This document shows, piece by piece, positions 44,698-56,922 of a stretch of 64,000 nt of DNA. Positions within the stretch are counted from its first letter, which is position 1; each line of letters starts with the position of its first letter. The stretch lies in the NCBI GenBank assembly GCA_963674745.2, contig CAXXDV010000001.1:224001-288000 (forward strand), read 5' to 3'. Source of the DNA: Desulfosudaceae bacterium (GTDB taxonomy: Bacteria > Desulfobacterota > Desulfobacteria > Desulfobacterales > Desulfosudaceae). Both the position numbers and the translations under genes were made by a program. The notes beneath the pieces are model-generated. The model searched no databases. It had not been told where the DNA came from and worked only from the letters and a program-made list of their open reading frames with translations.

Positions 44698-45120
44698 TTA
44701 GACAACATCTATACCCATGCTTCTGGCTGTACCCTTGATAATTCTGCAGGCGGCGTCAAGGTCAGTCGCATTCAGATCACACATCTTCACCTTGGCGATA
44801 TCTTCAACATCCTTCATTGTCACCTTGCCGACCTTCTCCTTGTTCGGCACCCCTGACCCCTTGGCGATCTTAGCGGCTTTTCTCAAAAGCACCGCCGCCG
44901 GAGGCGTTTTGGTAATAAATGAAAATGATTTATCCGCATAAATGGTAATCACAACCGGAATAATCATGCCTTCATCATCCGCCGTCCGGGAATTGAATGC
45001 TTTGCAAAAATCCATAATATTTACGCCATGCTGCCCCAGGGCCGGTCCGATAGGAGGCGAGGGATTGGCTTTGCCGGCCGTCACCTGCAGTTTCACTTGT
45101 CCGATAACTTTCTTTGCCAT
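44698..45120 (-). CDS. rplK: 50S ribosomal protein L11
   Basis: [25 protein letters not shown]. Confidence 0.98.
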   Translation of the reverse strand: MAKKVIGQVKLQVTAGKANPSPPIGPALGQHGVNIMDFCKAFNSRTADDEGMIIPVVITIYADKSFSFITKTPPAAVLLRKAAKIAKGSGVPNKEKVGKVTMKDVEDIAKVKMCDLNATDLDAACRIIKGTARSMGIDVV

Positions 45121-45138
45121 TGTTACACTCCAAAATAT

Positions 45139-45669
45139 CTAAATTTTCGTAGCCTGCATAAAGTCCAGTTCAACCGGCGTGGAGCGGCCGAAAATACTGA
45201 CCAGCACCCGCAGCTTTCCCTTTTCATGATTAACGTTTTCAACCACACCGTTAAACGTCGCAAAAGGGCCTTCCGTAACCCGCACTTCATCTCCGATTTC
45301 AAATGAGTATTTCGGCTGCGGTTTTTCTTTTCCGGCCTCTATACGCTTTAAAATATTGGCGGCGTCTTCTTCAGAAATCGGCGTCGGTTTTTTCTTGCCA
45401 CCCAAAAAACCGGTCACCTTGGCCGTATTGGCGACCACATGCCATGTCTCATTATCAAGCTCCATCTGTACCAGAAGGTAGCCTGGATAAAACTTACGTG
45501 AAGATTGTTTCTTTTTCCCCTTAACCAGTTCTACTACCTGTTCGGTCGGCAGGACGATACGTCCGAATTTCTCCGAACAGCCGGAAATCGTGATTCGTTC
45601 TTCCAGGGTTCGCCGGACCTTATCCTCGAACCCGGAATACACATGAACTACGTACCATTGTAAGGCCAC
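45139..45669 (-). CDS. nusG: Transcription factor NusG
   Basis: WYVVHVYSGFE, FYPGY, KOW GPFATFNG, SIFGRSTPVEL. Confidence 0.98.
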   Translation of the reverse strand: MALQWYVVHVYSGFEDKVRRTLEERITISGCSEKFGRIVLPTEQVVELVKGKKKQSSRKFYPGYLLVQMELDNETWHVVANTAKVTGFLGGKKKPTPISEEDAANILKRIEAGKEKPQPKYSFEIGDEVRVTEGPFATFNGVVENVNHEKGKLRVLVSIFGRSTPVELDFMQATKI

Positions 45670-45695
45670 AATTTTGCCCCTTGTCCTTTATGCGC

Positions 45696-46091
45696 TTAAC
45701 CAATCACCAGTCGAATCAGACTCGACAAACTAAAATCCACGATTCCGAGAAAAATAGAGACCATAATAACCATCAGCAGCACCACGGCGGTTGAGCCGAT
45801 TGTCTGCTTGCGGGAAGGCCAGGTTACCTTTCTCAACTCCACCCGGACCTCTCTTAAAAACTGCACGCTTTTCTCAAAGAGCCCGCTGATACCGGATGCC
45901 GCTTCTTTTTTTACCGGCTTGGCCGATTTTCGTGTCAACCCGGCAGTATTATTCTTTTTGGAAGAGGCGCCGGACTTAACGATGGAAGCAATGCCGCTTT
46001 TTTCCGGCTGCTTGTCGGCAACAGCCGCAGAGGCGGAATCCGTCACCTTTTTCCTTTTCTTGGGATCTTTTCTTTTTTGCTGGCGCCCCAT
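45696..46091 (-). CDS. secE: Preprotein translocase SecE with a long basic N-terminal extension
   Basis: FLREVRVELRKVTWPSR plus one TM helix; located upstream of nusG. Confidence 0.95.
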   Translation of the reverse strand: MGRQQKRKDPKKRKKVTDSASAAVADKQPEKSGIASIVKSGASSKKNNTAGLTRKSAKPVKKEAASGISGLFEKSVQFLREVRVELRKVTWPSRKQTIGSTAVVLLMVIMVSIFLGIVDFSLSSLIRLVIG

Positions 46092-46165
46092 ATTTACCCT
46101 TCAAAAAATATTAAAAGCACTTTTCTGCCCTTGGAACAGACGCTGTGCTTTTCGTTGAAATTTAC

Positions 46166-46241
46166 TGGCAGGCCAGGAGGGATTTGAACCCCCAACCCCC
46201 GGATTTGGAGTCCGACGCTCTGCCGTTAGAGCTACTGGCCT
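46166..46241 (-). tRNA. tRNA-Trp(CCA)
   Basis: Cloverleaf with anticodon loop CT-CCA-AA, TTCAAAT T-loop, encoded CCA end. Confidence 0.95.
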
Positions 46242-46314
46242 GCATTTCGTCTAAGCCTCGCGAAACATTAAAGAACCGTTCATAAGAGTTCCGTAATTTT
46301 GTCCGTTTAAAGCA

Positions 46315-46464
46315 CTATTTTGTCTCTTTGTGAAGACAGTGCTCCCGGCAAAATCTGCAGTATTTCTTCAACTCCAACTTATCCGGTGTTGTTCGCTTGT
46401 TCTTAGTCGTCGAATAATTTCGTCGTTTGCACTGGCTGCACGCGAGTAAAACTTTAACCCTCAC
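46315..46464 (-). CDS. rpmG: 50S ribosomal protein L33 (Zn form, 49 aa)
   Basis: Hand translation from [52 protein letters not shown]. Confidence 0.97.
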   Translation of the reverse strand: MRVKVLLACSQCKRRNYSTTKNKRTTPDKLELKKYCRFCREHCLHKETK

Positions 46465-46487
46465 CGCTGCTCTCCCTCTGCTTGGAT

Positions 46488-47681
46488 CTATTCAATAATT
46501 TCGCTGACGACACCGGCGCCGACCGTACGGCCGCCTTCACGGACCGCGAACCGAAGCTCTTTTTCCATGGCGATCGGTGTAATCAACTCTCCGGTTATCG
46601 TTACATTATCCCCGGGCATTACCATCTCGACGCCTTCCGGAAGCGTCAGAATACCCGTTACATCCGTTGTCCGGAAATAAAACTGCGGACGGTACCCGCT
46701 GAAAAACGGGGTGTGCCGACCGCCTTCTTCCTTGCTTAATATGTATACTTCCGCCTTGAACTTGGTGTGCGGTGTAATCGATTTGGGCTTGGCCGCAACC
46801 TGACCACGCTCGACCTCATCCCGCTTGGTTCCGCGCAGCAACAGCCCCACGTTGTCTCCGGCCCGGCCTTCGTCCAGAAGCTTGCGGAACATCTCCACGC
46901 CCGTGCACACCGTCTTGGCCGTATCACGGATACCCACCAGCTCAACCTCTTCACCGACCTTGATGATGCCGCGCTCGATACGACCGGTAACCACCGTACC
47001 ACGTCCGGAAATACTGAACACGTCCTCGATGGGCATCAGGAAGGGCTTGTCGATATCACGCTCCGGCTCGGGAATATAAGAATCCAGGACTTCCAGCAGC
47101 TCGAATATGCACTTGGCTTCATCGCTGTCCGGATCATCGCTCTCCAGCGCCTTCAACGCGCTGCCCCGGATAATCGGCGTGTCGTCACCGGGAAAATCAT
47201 ATTTGTCCAGAAGCTCCCGAAGTTCCAGCTCGACCAGCTCGATCAGTTCCTCGTCATCCACCATGTCGCATTTGTTCAAAAATACCACGATGCTCGGAAC
47301 ACCAACCTGGCGGGCCAGGAGAATATGCTCACGCGTCTGCGGCATGGGACCGTCATCGGCACCGACCACCAGAATCGCGCCGTCCATCTGAGCGGCACCC
47401 GTAATCATGTTCTTGATATAGTCCGCGTGACCGGGGCAGTCCACGTGCGCGTAATGCCGTTTGGCTGTTTCATATTCAACATGCGCCGTCGCGATCGTAA
47501 TACCACGCTCACGTTCCTCGGGCGCCTTGTCGATCTGATCAAAGGCCACGTACTGCGCCAGGCCCTTCAAACCACTGTGCTTGGTAATGGCCGCCGTCAG
47601 CGTCGTTTTGCCATGGTCGATATGACCAATCGTACCTACATTCACATGCGGCTTGGTCCGCTCAAATTTTGCTTTTGACAT
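46488..47681 (-). CDS. tuf: Elongation factor Tu (tRNA-operon copy)
   Basis: Protein identical to 31891-33084. Confidence 0.99.
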   Translation of the reverse strand: MSKAKFERTKPHVNVGTIGHIDHGKTTLTAAITKHSGLKGLAQYVAFDQIDKAPEERERGITIATAHVEYETAKRHYAHVDCPGHADYIKNMITGAAQMDGAILVVGADDGPMPQTREHILLARQVGVPSIVVFLNKCDMVDDEELIELVELELRELLDKYDFPGDDTPIIRGSALKALESDDPDSDEAKCIFELLEVLDSYIPEPERDIDKPFLMPIEDVFSISGRGTVVTGRIERGIIKVGEEVELVGIRDTAKTVCTGVEMFRKLLDEGRAGDNVGLLLRGTKRDEVERGQVAAKPKSITPHTKFKAEVYILSKEEGGRHTPFFSGYRPQFYFRTTDVTGILTLPEGVEMVMPGDNVTITGELITPIAMEKELRFAVREGGRTVGAGVVSEIIE

Positions 47682-47738
47682 CTTACTGCCTCCCTGTTTG
47701 ATTTAAAATCAGTGACGGCTTACTTCTTCAATTATATA

Positions 47739-47815
47739 TGGAGCCCACGACCGGAATCGAACCGGTGAACCTCTTCCTTACCAAGGAAGCGCTCTACCGA
47801 CTGAGCTACGTGGGC
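47739..47815 (-). tRNA. tRNA-Thr(GGT)
   Basis: CTTCC-TT-GGT-AA-GGAAG anticodon arm, CCA end. Confidence 0.95.
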
Positions 47816-47831
47816 CTTAACAGTCCTTTTC

Positions 47832-47907
<76 letters not shown>

Positions 47908-47922
47908 AACCGCTAAAACAGG

Positions 47923-48008
47923 TGGTGGTGGGGGGAGGATTTGAACCTCCGAAGGCGAATGCCGACAGATTTACAGTCTGTTCCCTTTGGCCGCTCGGGA
48001 ACCCCACC
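47923..48008 (-). tRNA. tRNA-Tyr(GTA)
   Basis: ACAGA-CT-GTA-AA-TCTGT, long variable arm, CCA end. Confidence 0.95.
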
Positions 48009-48025
48009 ATCCGGGTATATCACTA

Positions 48026-48101
48026 TGGAGCCAGCGGAGGGACTCGAACCCCCGACCGACTGATTACAAATCAGTAGCTCTACCATCTGAGCTACGCTGG
48101 C
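48026..48101 (-). tRNA. tRNA-Thr(TGT)
   Basis: ACTGA-TT-TGT-AA-TCAGT, CCA end; classic Thr-Tyr-Gly-Thr-tuf cluster. Confidence 0.95.
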
Positions 48102-48419
48102 CGCAGGTTACAAATGGTCATATGCCCTGATCTACTTATTAAATCAAAAGATAATATTTTCAGCTTAATGAATTGTCAAGACAATTTTTTTGTTTTTGAC
48201 GTTCAGCGGTAAATTTTTTATTCCCGGGACAAAACAAAAACGACTTTATCTGTCAGGTGAAATTTTAACGCTGGAGCATATCAGGGTGTCAAAATGAAAA
48301 TACCGACTTTTGCTTGACATATTGACAGATAAAATTTACATATTCAAGCTTAATAGAAAATTATTTTTTTACATATTCCTTTTTGGATTTTTTTTATCAG
48401 CATTTCAACTTATTAGAAG

Positions 48420-50195
48420 TTGCCAATGGCATTTAATATAAAAATTTTACCGGTTCTGGTCGGCTTGTTTCTGTACGGTTGCAGTCCGTTTCTGAATGAC
48501 GGTCATAAGCCTGTTGATCACAGCACACAATCCCCTTCAAAAATTACGGCCGGAGAAAACATTGCCCTCAACCATCCGGCATCCACCGGCATCGGGCAAA
48601 CCCCATCCCTCCCCCCGGACGATTACGCCGCCGGTGGAGATGACGGAACAGATAAAAAACAAAGCCAGGCGGCGCTGGATGAGTCCCTGGAACTGTGTAA
48701 CGTCTCACAGGAGTTCTGGCAAAAAGGGGACTTTGAAAACGCCTTGCATGCGCTTGATCAGGCCTATGCGTTGCTGTTAAAAACCGACGAGAACAGCACG
48801 GCGGAACTTATTCAACAAAAAGACGATATCCGCTTTCTGGTTTCCAAACGTATTCTGGAGATTTACGCTTCCCGGAACAGGGTTGTCAACGGTGACCATA
48901 ACGCCATCCCGCTGACCATCAACAAGGATGTTCAAAAAGAAATTGATCGGTTCACAAAAGGCAGAGACAAAAAGTTCTTCCGCGAAGCCTACCAGCGTTC
49001 CGGAAAATACCGGCCGTTTATCGTGGAAAAGCTTAAAGCGGCCGGCCTTCCGGTTGAGCTTTCCTGGCTGCCCTTAATTGAAAGCGGCTTTAAAACAAAA
49101 GCCTTATCGTCAGCCCGCGCTTTGGGGTTGTGGCAGTTTATCCCTTCAACAGGTTATAAATTCGGCCTGGAACGCAATGTTTATGTTGACGAACGACTTG
49201 ACCCGGAAAAATCAACCGAAGCCGCCATTAAATATTTAACCGCCCTGCACCAGATGTTCGGCGACTGGTCGACCGTTCTGGCCGCCTATAACAGCGGTGA
49301 AAACAGGGTGTTACGAACCATACGAACACAACAGATCAATTATCTCGATGATTTCTGGGATCTATACAAACAACTACCCTGGGAAACCGCCAGGTATGTG
49401 CCGAAATTCCTGGCCACCCTGCACATCGTATCCAAACCGCACAAATACGGGCTTGCCAACATAACCTTTGATCACCCGATAACGTATGAAAAGGTGACCG
49501 TATCCAGACAGGCCCACCTGAAAAAAATCGCCGAAGCCATCGGCGTGCCCGAGCAGACGCTCATTGAGTTAAACCCCGAACTCAGGCACCAGATACTGCC
49601 CGAGAACCAGTATACGTTAAACGTCCCCATCGGGAAAAAAGCGACCTTGCTGGCCGCAATCAAAACGATTCCGACTTCCTCTCCACCGGGTAACGCCTTT
49701 GTCTACCATCGGGTCCGCCAGGGAGAAAGCCTTTCCACCATCGCCCACAAATACCGCACCTCGGTCAGTAATATTGCCAGGGCCAACAATATTTACCGGC
49801 AAAACTTCATCAAAGCCGGACGGCTGCTTAAAATCCCGCTTGCCCGGAGCTGGGCGGGTGCACAAGCGTCTTCACCGGCGGTTGTATCCGGTGAAGCAAC
49901 AACACATACGGTAAGAAGAGGCGAATCCCTGTGGATCATCGCCCGGCGTTACGGCACAACCGTCAATATGATTCAGAACGCCAATAACCTTTCATCAACC
50001 ACCCTGAGCGTCGGCCAGGTGCTGAAAATTCCCGGCATAAGCGGCGCCGGACACAAGGTTTACCAGGTCAAACCCGGGGACAACCCCTCAATTATCGCCA
50101 AAAATCACGGTATGAGGCTGTATCGGTTTTTGATGCTGAATCATCTGACCAAATACAGTAAAATTTATCCCGGACAGTCCGTCTATGTCGAATAA
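48420..50195 (+). CDS. MltD-like lytic transglycosylase lipoprotein (SLT domain plus 3 LysM domains)
   Basis: Lipobox LYGC; LPLIESGF, ALGLWQF, AAYNSGE, ETARYVPK; three LysM repeats (H.VR.GESL..IA). Confidence 0.9.
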   Translation: MPMAFNIKILPVLVGLFLYGCSPFLNDGHKPVDHSTQSPSKITAGENIALNHPASTGIGQTPSLPPDDYAAGGDDGTDKKQSQAALDESLELCNVSQEFWQKGDFENALHALDQAYALLLKTDENSTAELIQQKDDIRFLVSKRILEIYASRNRVVNGDHNAIPLTINKDVQKEIDRFTKGRDKKFFREAYQRSGKYRPFIVEKLKAAGLPVELSWLPLIESGFKTKALSSARALGLWQFIPSTGYKFGLERNVYVDERLDPEKSTEAAIKYLTALHQMFGDWSTVLAAYNSGENRVLRTIRTQQINYLDDFWDLYKQLPWETARYVPKFLATLHIVSKPHKYGLANITFDHPITYEKVTVSRQAHLKKIAEAIGVPEQTLIELNPELRHQILPENQYTLNVPIGKKATLLAAIKTIPTSSPPGNAFVYHRVRQGESLSTIAHKYRTSVSNIARANNIYRQNFIKAGRLLKIPLARSWAGAQASSPAVVSGEATTHTVRRGESLWIIARRYGTTVNMIQNANNLSSTTLSVGQVLKIPGISGAGHKVYQVKPGDNPSIIAKNHGMRLYRFLMLNHLTKYSKIYPGQSVYVE

Positions 50196-50204
50196 ACGAA
50201 GAAT

Positions 50205-50343
50205 GATGGCTTCGTAAAAGGCCCAATTATCGCGGGGCGGCCAGCTGCGTTGCGCTGCATCCTTCGGAATTTCACGTACAACTCAGTACGCTGCATTCCT
50301 CAGGATTTGCGCGCCTTGATCTTGAACCTTTTACGAAGCCATC
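50205..50343. mobile_element. 139-bp MITE-like element with perfect 17-bp TIRs
   Basis: GATGGCTTCGTAAAAGG ... CCTTTTACGAAGCCATC; a lone end recurs at 54890-54904. Confidence 0.75.
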
Positions 50344-50400
50344 CAAATTTTAATTTTTAGTGCATCAAAGAATGGATATTCAGGCGAAAGGAGCCTGCTC

Positions 50401-52062
50401 ATGCCCGGATTTCAGTACCAGACCATGTTTCCCGTTGAAGAAGACAAGACAGAATACCGCCTTTTAACGGACCGGCACATCACCCCCGCCGTCTTTGAAG
50501 GTCATTCCATGGTCAAGATCGACCGCGAGGGGATGGTTCTGCTGGCCGAGACCGCATTTAAAGAGGTCGAGTTTCTGTTGCGCTCCAGCCATCTGCAGAA
50601 AATGGCCGCTATTCTGGATGACCCCGACAGTTCCGACAACGATCGATATGTGGCCCTGGAAATCATCAAAAACGCCGTTATCGCCGCCGACTTTGTGTTC
50701 CCCCTCTGCCAGGACACCGGCACGGCCACCATCATGGGTGAAAAAGGACATCGTATCTGGACCGACTTTTCCGACAAAGAAGCGCTCAGTGAAGGCGTCT
50801 TCAACGCTTATCAGAGATACAACCTGCGTTACTCTCAGAACGCGCCCCTGACCGTTTATGAAGAAGTCAACACCGGCACCAACCTTCCGGCGCAGATTGA
50901 TATTTACGCCACCCACGGTAATGAATATCATTTGCTGTTTATCGCCAAGGGCGGCGGATCAGCCAATAAAACCTTTCTGTTTCAGAAAACAAAAGCGATA
51001 TTAAACCCGAAATCTCTGGAAAGCTTCCTCAAAGAAGAACTGAGCCATATCGGAACGGCCGCCTGCCCGCCTTATCATCTGGCGGTTGTTATCGGCGGTA
51101 CATCGGCCGAAGCCAATTTAAAAACCGTGAAACTGGCTTCATCCGGTTACCTTGATGGCCTGCCCGACCGGGGCAGTGAGGCCGGACACGCCTTCAGGGA
51201 CAAAAAACTGGAAGCGGAGTTTTACCAGCTGGCCTGTGATTCGGGTATCGGCGCGCAATTCGGGGGAAAACACTTCTGTCTGGACACGAAAGTCATCCGC
51301 ATGCCCAGACACGGCGCCTCGTGCCCCATCGGCGTCGGCGTCAGCTGCAGCGCCGACCGAAACATGAAGGCCAAAATAACCGAAGCGGGTATCTTCGTCG
51401 AAAAACTGGAAACCGATCCGGCCCGGTTTTTGCCCGAACCCGGCCAACAGGTCGAAGAAGCCGTGCCGGTTGATCTTGACCGCGACATAGATGACATCAG
51501 AAACACCCTGACGAAATTTCCGGTCAGCACCCCGCTTTTATTGAACGGAAAAATCATCGTGGCCAGGGATATCGCCCACGCCAGAATCATGGAAGACCTG
51601 GAAAACGGGACGCCCCTGCCCTGGTACATGAAAAACCATATCATCCTTTATGCCGGTCCGGCCAAAACACCGGAGGGGTCGCCTTCCGGCAGTTTCGGTC
51701 CGACAACTGCGGCCCGCATGGACCCGTATGTGCCCATTTTTCAAAAACACGGCGGCTCACTGCTCATGCTGGGCAAAGGCAACCGATCGGCCGAAGTTAC
51801 CCGGGCCTGCAAAACCAACGGCGGTTTTTACCTGGGTGCGGTCGGCGGCATTTCCGCCAAGCTGGGCAAAGAGTGCGTGACCAGCGTTGAAGTCATCGCC
51901 TTTCCTGAACTGGGCATGGAAGCGGTACGAATGATCACCGTCAAGAATTTCCCCGCCTTTATTATTACGGACGACAAGGGCAACGACTTTTTTGACAAGC
52001 TTCGCATGCATGCCACTCAAAAAATGGTCGTCAAGGACTTTCCTGACTTTAAAGATCTTTAA
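50401..52062 (+). CDS. Class I (Fe-S) fumarate hydratase
   Basis: PLCQDTGT, KGGGSAN, GTAACPPYH, RHGASCP, GPTTA.RMD, DDKGNDFF. Confidence 0.95.
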   Translation: MPGFQYQTMFPVEEDKTEYRLLTDRHITPAVFEGHSMVKIDREGMVLLAETAFKEVEFLLRSSHLQKMAAILDDPDSSDNDRYVALEIIKNAVIAADFVFPLCQDTGTATIMGEKGHRIWTDFSDKEALSEGVFNAYQRYNLRYSQNAPLTVYEEVNTGTNLPAQIDIYATHGNEYHLLFIAKGGGSANKTFLFQKTKAILNPKSLESFLKEELSHIGTAACPPYHLAVVIGGTSAEANLKTVKLASSGYLDGLPDRGSEAGHAFRDKKLEAEFYQLACDSGIGAQFGGKHFCLDTKVIRMPRHGASCPIGVGVSCSADRNMKAKITEAGIFVEKLETDPARFLPEPGQQVEEAVPVDLDRDIDDIRNTLTKFPVSTPLLLNGKIIVARDIAHARIMEDLENGTPLPWYMKNHIILYAGPAKTPEGSPSGSFGPTTAARMDPYVPIFQKHGGSLLMLGKGNRSAEVTRACKTNGGFYLGAVGGISAKLGKECVTSVEVIAFPELGMEAVRMITVKNFPAFIITDDKGNDFFDKLRMHATQKMVVKDFPDFKDL

Positions 52063-52065
52063 AAG

Positions 52066-52241
52066 AGGTACGGGATTCGGGGTTCGGGGTTCGAGGTTCG
52101 AGGTTTCAGATCTTAGTAATGTATGGCCTCGTAGGGGCAACCCCCTGTGGTTGCCCTGCACCGGGCAGGCACAGGGGCCTGCCCCTACAATATTCATGAA
52201 CGCCCCTACACCCCGTACCTCGTACCCCGTACCCCGAACCT
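52066..52241. repeat. GTAG-type REP doublet flanked by inverted heptamer arrays
   Basis: gggttcg/aggttcg units on the left, gtaggggcaacc...ggttgccct and gggcaggcac...gcctgcccctac in the middle, ccccgta/ccccgaa units on the right. Confidence 0.8.
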
Positions 52242-52245
52242 AACA

Positions 52246-52282
52246 AAAACGCCCCCGGCTTGTTTCATCCGGGGGCGTCTGT
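52246..52282. terminator. Hairpin terminator between the convergent fumarase and groEL genes
   Basis: acgcccccgg...ccgggggcgt stem with A/T-rich flanks. Confidence 0.7.
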
Positions 52283-52316
52283 GTTTATTTTATGTCTTCA
52301 AAAAGCGGGGGACTGG

Positions 52317-53978
<1,662 letters not shown>

Positions 53979-54008
53979 TCACACTCCTTATATCTTATCG
54001 TATTTAAA

Positions 54009-54296
54009 TTATTCAACAATCCCAAGAACATCATCTTCACGCATAATAAGGAAATCTTCCCCGTTAATTTTCACTTCGGTTCCGCCATACTTTCCGAACA
54101 GAACGCGATCGTTCTTTTTGATCTCCAGGGGGATGACTTTGCCGTCTTCACCCACTCGGCCCTTACCCACGGCGGTGACTTTACCTTCAATCGGTTTTTC
54201 CTTGGCCGTATCGGGAATGATGATGCCACCTTTTGTCTTGGTTTCTTCCTCGACGCGTTTTACCAGAATTCGATCATGTAATGGTCTGAATTTCAT
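54009..54296 (-). CDS. groS: Co-chaperonin GroES
   Basis: [24 protein letters not shown]. Confidence 0.99.
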   Translation of the reverse strand: MKFRPLHDRILVKRVEEETKTKGGIIIPDTAKEKPIEGKVTAVGKGRVGEDGKVIPLEIKKNDRVLFGKYGGTEVKINGEDFLIMREDDVLGIVE

Positions 54297-54491
54297 TGTT
54301 CTCCTCCTTAAATTGATAAATCTGACAAATTATTAATGCTTCTAAAAATTTCTGTAAATCCGCTTAAAACAAACCTCCGGGTGTCATAAATTTGTTTCTG
54401 CAGCGACATTTGACCCTTGTCAAAACTGATTTGCGTCCATGCCCGGCCGCCATAAAAAAAATATTAAAAATCAAATTGTTATATTTAACAG

Positions 54492-54785
54492 TTATTCAGA
54501 CTTAGGCCCGGCGGCATCCGCTTTTTTAGCCGTGGAATCCTTTTTTGCCTCAGTCTTTTTAGCGTTGTCTCCGGCCCCTGTCGTTCCGGCAGTTGAAGAC
54601 GGGTTTTTACCGGCATAATCGGTGGCATACCAACCGGAACCTTTTAAATGAAATGCACTGCGAGAAATCAGCTTGTGGACCTTTCCTGAGCAAAACTCAC
54701 ATTTTTTCAGAGGCTTATCTGACATCTGCTGCCAGGCTTCAAACACTTTCCCGCATTTTTCACATTCATATTCATAAATCGGCAT
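54492..54785 (-). CDS. FmdB-family zinc-ribbon protein
   Basis: MPIYEYECEKCG...CEFCSG...FHLKGSGWYATDY. Confidence 0.9.
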   Translation of the reverse strand: MPIYEYECEKCGKVFEAWQQMSDKPLKKCEFCSGKVHKLISRSAFHLKGSGWYATDYAGKNPSSTAGTTGAGDNAKKTEAKKDSTAKKADAAGPKSE

Positions 54786-55039
54786 AACCTTCATCCCCTT
54801 TGTGCTCCAAAAGCACCGCTTTTGTCTCAATCATCAAAAATTATAGAAAAATATTAAGACTGATTACTATTTTGTCAAGTGACAAAAAAGATGGCTTCGT
54901 AAAAATGGTCAAACCACTCGTTACCCCGCCATATCCGGGATCGACCCCGCCGGACGACCCGCCGGTCGCCCTACCCGGCCGGGATGACGACGCTTACCAC
55001 ATAATCACCTATCCACTTAAAACGCTAAAACATTAAAAC

Positions 55040-55570
55040 CTAAAACAGCTCCTGCGACGCCGCTTCCCATTGAGAATAAAACCGCATGACTTCCGGCATT
55101 CCTTCGATGCCGTGCCCAGAGAGGATCTCACGGGTCATGCCATGAACGCGATCTTCCTCGCTTGTCCGTTCTTCGGGCAGGGCATCAAAGTTCTGATAAA
55201 ATTTTGCAAACCGCACGATATGAATCAACTCGTGAACAATAATATAAACGACAAACGGGAACAGCTTAATTTCCGGGTATTTTTCAATCGCGGCCAGGAC
55301 CGCCTGATCCTGCAGGCAGATCTTGTACAAATCATAACTTGAAGAGCAAAGCGAATCGCCTTCTTTCTGGGCCGAATAACGAACAAGCTGGGCAAATGGC
55401 CCGTCCACTTTTTCATGTGAAGACAGTTCCGCGGACGTTTTCACATCGTACCGGTGGCGCAGCCACTGCGTCGCGGACATCTTGAAAAAATTGCAGACCA
55501 GTTCTTCCGCCAGGGAAACGGACTGGTTGACAATCTTGATCTGCGGCCTGGAAAACGATTTCATGCCCAT
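55040..55570 (-). CDS. Hypothetical protein with an HExxH motif
   Basis: YIIVHELIHIVRF...EE..VH; possible zincin-like fold. Confidence 0.7.
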   Translation of the reverse strand: MGMKSFSRPQIKIVNQSVSLAEELVCNFFKMSATQWLRHRYDVKTSAELSSHEKVDGPFAQLVRYSAQKEGDSLCSSSYDLYKICLQDQAVLAAIEKYPEIKLFPFVVYIIVHELIHIVRFAKFYQNFDALPEERTSEEDRVHGMTREILSGHGIEGMPEVMRFYSQWEAASQELF

Positions 55571-55607
55571 AATTGACGGTGTCGTAAAAATGTCTTAAAA
55601 AAAATAC

Positions 55608-55636
55608 TTGCAAACATCAAAATATACCCCTATAGT
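55608..55636 (+). promoter_or_regulatory. Putative sigma70 promoter
   Basis: TTGCAA-17 bp-TATAGT upstream of the 31-aa basic ORF. Confidence 0.5.
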
Positions 55637-55703
55637 ATCTGGATGGCAATATAAAAGCATTTATAGAGCAAAAAATACAATAAATCTGTAAGGAGGTGTT
55701 TTT

Positions 55704-55799
55704 TTGGGTTCGGTAATCAAAAAGAGAAGAAAAAAGATGCGCAAGCATAAACACCGGAAGTTACTGGCCAAGACGCGCCATCAAAGAAATAAGAAGTAG
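55704..55799 (+). CDS. 31-aa basic protein of the AURKAIP1/COX24 (bS22/mS38-like) family
   Basis: AGGAGG RBS, TTG start: MGSVIKKRRKKMRKHKHRKLLAKTRHQRNKK*. Not in the ORF track. Confidence 0.88.
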   Translation: MGSVIKKRRKKMRKHKHRKLLAKTRHQRNKK

Positions 55800-55848
55800 T
55801 CATTTTTTATTTATAATTTGTGCCGTACTGACACAACGCTCAAAATCA

Positions 55849-55885
55849 AACGCCTTTGCCATGCCGATCGCATGACAAAGGCGTT
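55849..55885. terminator. Hairpin between the convergent small ORF and hflC
   Basis: acgcctttgccatg...catgacaaaggcgt inverted repeat. Confidence 0.65.
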
Positions 55886-55914
55886 CTTGATATCTTCCGG
55901 TTCTTGATCGGTTC

Positions 55915-56910
55915 TTACCGTTTGTCGGGCGAATACCCTTTCAGGTATTTGAAAAAATCGCTGTCAGTGGAAAGAATGACCGAGTTGCTTTGGTCCAGGG
56001 CCTCCGAATAGACCGACAGGGTCTTGACAAAAGAATAGAATTCCGGATCTTTTGAGTACGCGTCAGCAAAAATTTTGGTCACCTGGGCATCTGCTTCACC
56101 TTTGATAATCTGGGACTTTTTATAAGCGCCGGACTCGATTTCCTTCAATTTTTTATCTTTCTCACCCAGAATCTTTTCTGCTTCTCCCTTCCCCTCGGAA
56201 CGGAACTGTTCGACAATCTGGGTGCGCTCGGCAATCATCCGGTCATATATCGATTCCTGAACATCCTCCCGGTAGTTAATCCGCTTGATCTTGACATCAA
56301 CCAGTTCTATACCGATCTCAGCAATTTTAGGGCGGGCCCGTTCCAGAATTGTCCTGGTGATCTGGTCCCGACCGATCTTAATTTCACTGCTTTTGACTTT
56401 ACCCTTTGCGGTTGTTTCACCCTCTTCCGCTGAAATTTCTTCTAGTGACGGCAACTTGCGGTTGCTGTTCCGGACCGCCTCAATCAAATCCTGGTTGGCA
56501 ATCGCGTTTTTTACTTCCGAATCAATAACATCCCCCATTAATTGCTCCGCTTTCTTCATATTCGCCTTCATATTAGCGGCGCCCTTATCAACGGCCCGTT
56601 GATAAAACAGGATCGGATCTTTGATCCGCCAGCGGGCAAAGGTATCCACCCAGATATAGGTTTTGTTCTGGGTCGGCAACTCGCCCTTCTCACCGTCCCA
56701 TTCCTGTAAATTTTTCTTAAACTTGTATACTTTCTCAATTCCCGGAATTCTAAACTTCAACCCGGGCTCCATTATGGGGTCTCGCGTCACCTTACCAAAA
56801 CGGGCGACAATAGCCAGCTCGGTTTCATCCACGGTAAATGCTGAAAGCACAAAAACCGCTAAACCGATGACCAGAAATACGACAATAACTGATAGTCCTT
56901 TTGTTTTCAC
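55915..56910 (-). CDS. hflC: Protease modulator HflC
   Basis: SPFH domain, DVKIKRIN, RMIAER, DPEFYSFVKTL, SDFFKYL. Confidence 0.93.
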   Translation of the reverse strand: MKTKGLSVIVVFLVIGLAVFVLSAFTVDETELAIVARFGKVTRDPIMEPGLKFRIPGIEKVYKFKKNLQEWDGEKGELPTQNKTYIWVDTFARWRIKDPILFYQRAVDKGAANMKANMKKAEQLMGDVIDSEVKNAIANQDLIEAVRNSNRKLPSLEEISAEEGETTAKGKVKSSEIKIGRDQITRTILERARPKIAEIGIELVDVKIKRINYREDVQESIYDRMIAERTQIVEQFRSEGKGEAEKILGEKDKKLKEIESGAYKKSQIIKGEADAQVTKIFADAYSKDPEFYSFVKTLSVYSEALDQSNSVILSTDSDFFKYLKGYSPDKR

Positions 56911-56922
56911 CTTATCACACCT

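Noticed and set aside
54297..54490. CIRCE operator upstream of groES
   Set aside because: No TTAGCACTC-N9-GAGTGCTAA is visible on either strand.
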